A stretch of 64,000 nucleotides of DNA from Mayamaea pseudoterrestris (Eukaryota), in contig BROI01000020.1 of assembly GCA_027923505.1 (NCBI GenBank), forward strand, positions 310,001 to 374,000. The letters run 5' to 3'. The notes under the pieces are model-generated. The model saw nothing but the letters and a program-made list of their open reading frames with translations, did no database searches and was not told the DNA's origin. The position numbers and the translations under genes are program-made. Each line of letters opens with the position of its first letter. Within the stretch, counting starts at the first letter, position 1. Of this stretch, positions 58,707 through 64,000 are shown piece by piece.

Positions 58707-59295
58707 TCAGTCATCATAAACTTGACGCAAGTTAATGTTGATGCGATGCTTTGTAAGGTACTGCTCGAGCGCCGCTCGCTCTGAGCCGGAAGGAACTGGC
58801 ATGTTGTGAATGGTTGCAATCTGATGTTTCTTCAAGTCATTGTTATGTATATCATCTTCTTTCTTTAAACTACCCGCACGAGCCGGTAGTAGCCTCGCCA
58901 TGCAGTGATAGTTCAGTCGCGATGCACCACCCATGATCATGACATCGCCCGGTCGCACCAACATGGGAACCACTGGATCATGCTTCGTGTCGCCTCCCAA
59001 TAAGAATAAGGCAGGTCGGCCCATGCTGAAGCTCACAATCGGTTTCGATACCGCATGCTCCGAGTCATCTCGGTGTGGACCCATGACGGATTTATCGTGG
59101 TAGTAGTTGACAATGGCAGCTGATGGAACAAAGGCTGGTGGTGTGCATGCATTGACTTTTTCGTTTGCATTGACATTTTGGCAGTGGATCAGAGAAGCTT
59201 TGGCGAAGGGTTGCGATAGCTCTATCAATTCACTTGGTATGCTGCTTGCCATGGTAGCTGGATAAGATCGAGCCGTCCAGTTGTAGTGGTATCCC
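58707..59295 (-). pseudogene. ALKBH1: 3' part of ALKBH1-like 2OG-Fe(II) dioxygenase, interrupted by LTR retrotransposon
   Basis: GYHYNW, IVNYY, HRDDSE (HxD), IVSFSMG..ALFLLGG, GDVMIMGG.SR..YH, RININLRQV; the frame runs directly into the LTR at 59296. Confidence 0.85.
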
Positions 59296-59564
59296 GCTGA
59301 GAATCGGTGATTAAACAGGTGATCCTCAGTACTATGGCCTACATCCCAGGGCATTGGTAAAGATGCGGGATCGACTGGCTGCGTTGCAATGAACAGGACA
59401 GTTAGCTATAGAGACTCGGAGACACTCTTGGAGAGGTCAAGATTCCAAGAGTTACGGCGGTCGCTTAGGATAGAATAAGCTCACTCTTTTATAGCGGATC
59501 TTTTGCAAGCGAATAGGAGAGGTTTATATCGTAAATTACAAGTACATTTGGAGCAATCTCAGCA
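59296..59564 (+). repeat. 5' LTR of copy 1 (269 bp, lacks first T)
   Basis: Identical by eye to 63511-63779; ends TCTCAGCA, the complement of the TGCTGAGA start seen in copy 2. Confidence 0.92.
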
Positions 59565-62500
59565 TACCTTAAGGTAGCCTCGGAGATACCCGAGTCAGCA
59601 TGGCTGAACCAGCCCAAGGAATCGTTCCTGCAAGGACTGACGAGGAGCGATGGAAAGATGAGCGCTGGAACAAGAAGCCTGCGGCGATCCCCAAGTTGGA
59701 TAAAGACAAGAAGTTTTGGACTTGGAAGATGGAGATCGAGTTGGTGCATGACTTGGACAAGGTAATGGATCCAAGCGGATGGGCGGACCTGCCGCTGAGA
59801 AGAACAGCCAAATCAATCGTGCGCCAACAGGCGAGCGGTCAAGATGAACAAGGTAGCCATGGCGCAGTTAATCATGGCGCATGGCGACGGAGACAAGGGG
59901 AGCGGAGTTCCTCTTGATCATTCCGGAATCAAGGACGGAAGCGTGGCGGCGGGCAAGGCAAGTGAGCGTCATGAAGAAGCTGATCGAACAATATCAGCCG
60001 ACCGATCAAGTTGCCCAATTAAAGTTGATGGATGACCTTAGCAGTCTCTCGATGCGAGACAGCCAAAATCCAACCAAGTTGTTCCTAAAGGTAGCAGAGC
60101 TGGAGAGTCAGTTTCTAGCGTCAGGAGCAAAGCTCGAGGAGCGTCAAGTCGTTCTCATATCATCAAGGCCTTACCGGAGCGGTACAGCGGACGAGTGTCG
60201 GCCATGTTTGAAAAGCACAAGGAGCTAACCAAAGCAATGATACGCGAAGGCGTAGAGGCAGAATATCGCCTCCAAGTGGCGAAAGGCGCCATCAAGGAAG
60301 ACGACGATGAAGATGAAGATGAACAAGCTCTCTTTACTCAATCGTCGATCGGAAACCCCAAGGGGCTGCTGGCTTTGCGGCAGCACGGAACACAAGAAGA
60401 AGGACTGCCCAAAGTATAAAGGAAGGCAGGCGGAGGAAGGAACAGAAGCAGGTCGAAGAAAAGATTCCAAGGAACGTGCATGACGAATGCGGAAAGCAAG
60501 GGCACAAGAAAGAAGACTGCTTTCATCTTGAGAAGAACGCCTCCAAGCGCCCCGCTTGGTTCAAGAAGATCTTGGAGAAGAAGAATGAGTCGGCAAATGT
60601 CACTTGTGACGACGAATTCTTCATCATGGCAAGGGCGTCGCGGAGGTCGACGACGAGTTGTGGTTTGCCGACAACGGGTGCACGAGCGCCATAACGAAGT
60701 CAAAAGAAGCAATGTATGAGACAAGGGCAGCAACAAGCGTCGATAAGATCAAAGTCGGGAACAGTGAATACGTACATCCCGAGCTTGTTGGAAAGTTGCG
60801 AGGCACAATCGTGGATAAGGACGGCAAGAAGGTTGGAAACTTGTCGTTGGATCGAGTCAGTTACTCGGAGTCAGCCGTCGGCAACCTCATTCCAGTCGGA
60901 AAGATGATAAAGGAAGGTTGGACGCTGAAGCAGTCAATAGATGGACTGGAGTTAAGCAAAGGAAAGCGCAAGTTAGTCTTCGATGTGACGGTACAAGTCG
61001 GCAGCGGAGTCTTCTCCACGCTATGCGAGTCAAAAGGACGCCGACGACGGCAGAACAAGCAACAGTCGCGGCAAACGCAAACAGAGTCGTTTCTTACCAA
61101 CAAGTGCATGAAGAGTTTGGCCACATGGGCAAAGCAGCGACTCGAGCGACAGCGAAGCACTTAGGATGGGCTTAACTGGAAAGATGAATCCATGCGTCTC
61201 TTGCGGCGTAGAGCGAAGGCGCGCCAGAAAGGATATCGCTCGAAGGAGCCAGCCGAGAGAGGCAAAGACACCAGGACGACGCATCTACTTGGACTTGACG
61301 ACCCAAAGGATAAAGAAGGCAAGAATCTGCCAGGCAAGTTGGAACGGTCGATGCATCGTGGACGAGGCGACAGGATTCAAAGTTGTCGACTTCTTCGCAA
61401 CCAAGAACGCAATGGTGGAACCAACCTTGAACCTGCTTAGAGAATGGAAGCACAAAGGAAGGGAGGTTGAGTTTCTAAGGATGGATAACGCTGGCGAGAA
61501 CAAGAGTCTTGCGAGGCAAGCCAAGGCAGAGGGACTCGTCAAGCGCATTGAATGGACAGCGGCAAACACGCCGCAACAGAACCACAAGGCAGAAACCTGC
61601 TGGCGCACACTCAAAGGGCGTTCAAGAGCTATAGCATACAGAGCAAACGTACCAGAGAAGCAGAGGCAGAAGTTCTTTGCAAGGCTAGTAAAGCATGCTA
61701 GCAAGTTGGATGGACTCACCATGGTCGAGTTGAATGGGGAAATGAAAACACGCTATGAGCACTTTGGCGAAAAGATTCCACGCTTTGTTAAGTACATGAG
61801 GCGTTGGGGCGAGGCGTGCGTGCTGACGAAAGGTGTCAAGAAACCGGAATGGAATTTGACAAAGGCGCAGTCGGCATGTTGGTAGGCTTTCCGGATGACC
61901 ATGAGGGAGACGTCTATCAAGTTTGGAATCCCAAGACGAATAGAGTTGCAGAGGTTAGAGATGTAACGTTCCTAAACAAGTGGTATTTCCAAGAAACGAT
62001 CAAGGAGATAGCCGACTTAAAGGAGAAGGAAGGCATCGATTGGGATCTTGACACCCCAAGAGGTGCGACTCACGACGCGCAAGCCAGCGACAGTGAGGAA
62101 GAGGAGAGTGTCAACGGTGACGTTGACAACGTGGCATCAGCAAACGAGCGAGCTGTCACAAAGATTGACCATGGGGAAGGAAGAACAATCGATCCGGGCG
62201 CGTTGTAATACCAAGGCAACGATTGATCGAGCAAAACGCGTGGCGTATCAGCTGGCGACCCAAGAATGCGTTGGCGATGCTGGACTGTGAGCTTACGCTC
62301 AACGCGGCAATCATCGAGGAGATGGAGGAAGGCGAGTGCTACACGCCGGCGCGCGACGAGTTAGCGCGTTGGCGCGAAGGGATTGGCGATGGCATTGCGC
62401 ATACATCAGAGCTACAAGTAATGAAGTTCACAGCGAGGCAATGGCGAAGGGACCAGTCGCTGAATGGCAGAAGGCGGTTGACGACGGGCATGATCGAATG

Positions 62501-63509
62501 CTCAAGTATCAAATGCTTCAAAGAAATCCCACGCTCGCAGCTTCCTGAAGGAACGAAGCTGATCGACACGACATGGGCAATGAAGCAAAAGGCAAACGGA
62601 ACAAAGCGAGCAAGAATGGCGGTCAGGGGATTCCAGCAGATCGAAGGAGTCCATTACGATCCCAAGTCGGTGTCGGCGCCTGTCGAATCTATCGACGACG
62701 CGCATCATGTTGGTATTGATGTTGATGGCACGCTGGGACGCGCACATTGTCGACGTGCGAGGAGCATTCTTGCAAGGCAAGTTCGAAAACGACGAAAAAA
62801 GATTTACATTAAGATACCACAAGGATTCGAAAAGCATTATAAAGCAGACAGCGTGTTGCAGCTGTTGGCGCCAGTGTACTGGATTGATACAAGCGGCGTA
62901 CTGTTTCTATTTGGTGTTGGTCAGAGCGTTCGACAACCAAGGATACGGAAGGAGCAAGGCCGATCCATGCCTCTATTATCAATGGGGCGAACAAGGATTA
63001 CATCTTTGGTCGAAATCATACGGATGACTGCTTGTCGGCCGGAAAGGATATCATCACAGCGAAGAACAAATTCATGAGCGAACTCCGACTGCGAGGACAT
63101 TGGCGAGTTGAAAGAGCACATCGGCTGCAAGATCGATATCAACAAGGAAGAAGGATGGTTGAAGATAACTCAACCAGTCGCAATTCAAAGACTCAAAGAC
63201 GAGTTCAATATACCCGACGAGCTCGATGAGGAGAGGCTTCCCGGCGTCACCGGGAAGCAAGTTAAGAAAGACGGCGAAACAATCGTTGGAGCGCAGGAGC
63301 ATCAACGAGTTTCGCAGCGGCGTTGGCATTGTTCAATGGATTAAAAGAGGCTCGAGACCAGAGATAAGCAACGCTGTTAGAGACGTTGCAAGGCGTCTAC
63401 AAGGACCAACGGAAGCGCATGTGAAGCGAACCATCGAATCATGCGCTACTTAACGAGGACTCCGGAGCGTGGACTCGTCCTCAAGCCATCGAGGCAATGG
63501 GATGAACCA
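59296..63509 (+). mobile_element. Ty1/copia (CoDi-like) LTR retrotransposon, copy 1, multiply frameshifted, RNase H and 3' LTR not in window
   Basis: Domain order gag (CGKQGHKKEDC knuckle) - protease (WFADNGCTS) - integrase (HEEFGH, CxxC, RMDNAGEN, TPQQN) - RT (RARMAVRGFQQIEGVHY, DVRGAFL, ADPCLY, TDD, RPEISNAVR). Confidence 0.93.
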
Positions 63510-64000
63510 TGCTGAGAATCGGTGATTAAACAGGTGATCCTCAGTACTATGGCCTACATCCCAGGGCATTGGTAAAGATGCGGGATCGACTGGCTGCGTT
63601 GCAATGAACAGGACAGTTAGCTATAGAGACTCGGAGACACTCTTGGAGAGGTCAAGATTCCAAGAGTTACGGCGGTCGCTTAGGATAGAATAAGCTCACT
63701 CTTTTATAGCGGATCTTTTGCAAGCGAATAGGAGAGGTTTATATCGTAAATTACAAGTACATTTGGAGCAATCTCAGCATACCTTAAGGTAGCCTCGGAG
63801 ATACCCGAGTCAGCATGGCTGAACCAGCCCAAGGAATCGTTCCTGCAAGGACTGACGAGGAGCGATGGAAAGATGAGCGCTGGAACAAGAAGCCTGCGGC
63901 GATCCCCAAGTTGGATAAAGACAAGAAGTTTTGGACTTGGAAGATGGAGATCGAGGCGTGGCAAGTTGCGCATGACTTGGACAAGGTAATGGATCCAAGC
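63510..64000 (+). mobile_element. Copy 2 of the same copia element: 5' LTR (63510-63779) plus leader and gag start, running off the window
   Basis: TG..CA 270-bp LTR with 8-bp terminal inverted repeat; followed by the same leader and MAEPAQGIVP gag start as copy 1. Confidence 0.92.

Noticed and set aside
59296..63779. A complete 4.5-kb LTR-to-LTR element
   Set aside because: RNase H and a clear PPT are missing, and the second LTR is followed by leader and gag again

Overview
Gene-dense eukaryotic nuclear DNA. It is almost certainly from a diatom, judged by short GT-AG introns, bipartite signal-plus-'AF' plastid presequences, VDR, a silaffin/cingulin-like Gly/Lys/Ser protein and a CoDi-type copia element; the species cannot be determined from sequence alone. 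About 37 protein-coding genes occupy 0.2-59.3 kb. They include purple acid phosphatase, MiaA, hexose-6-P mutarotase, a pseudouridine glycosidase-kinase fusion, CDPK, an intron-containing histone H3, a GRIP golgin, two MYND paralogs, PSMB3, DUF1517, VDR, APC5, a BTB protein, a sulfotransferase, an HDAC, TFIIH p52, a MOV10/SDE3 helicase, MFSD5, PEX10, ARP6, a divergent pair of Stc1-like Zn proteins, NudC, TruA and ALKBH1. The last 4.7 kb is a Ty1/copia LTR retrotransposon inserted inside the ALKBH1 coding sequence, with a second near-identical copy nested in it just before RNase H. The most notable items are the nested copia/ALKBH1 disruption with its unusual palindromic post-LTR (PBS) region, a candidate biosilica protein split by a GC-AG intron, a MYND protein with a repeated P-x-W-x3-SPLR motif plus an unannotated stand-alone MYND paralog, and an inverted pair of Stc1-finger proteins sharing an unrecognised C-terminal domain. 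All calls are by eye; no searches were run.
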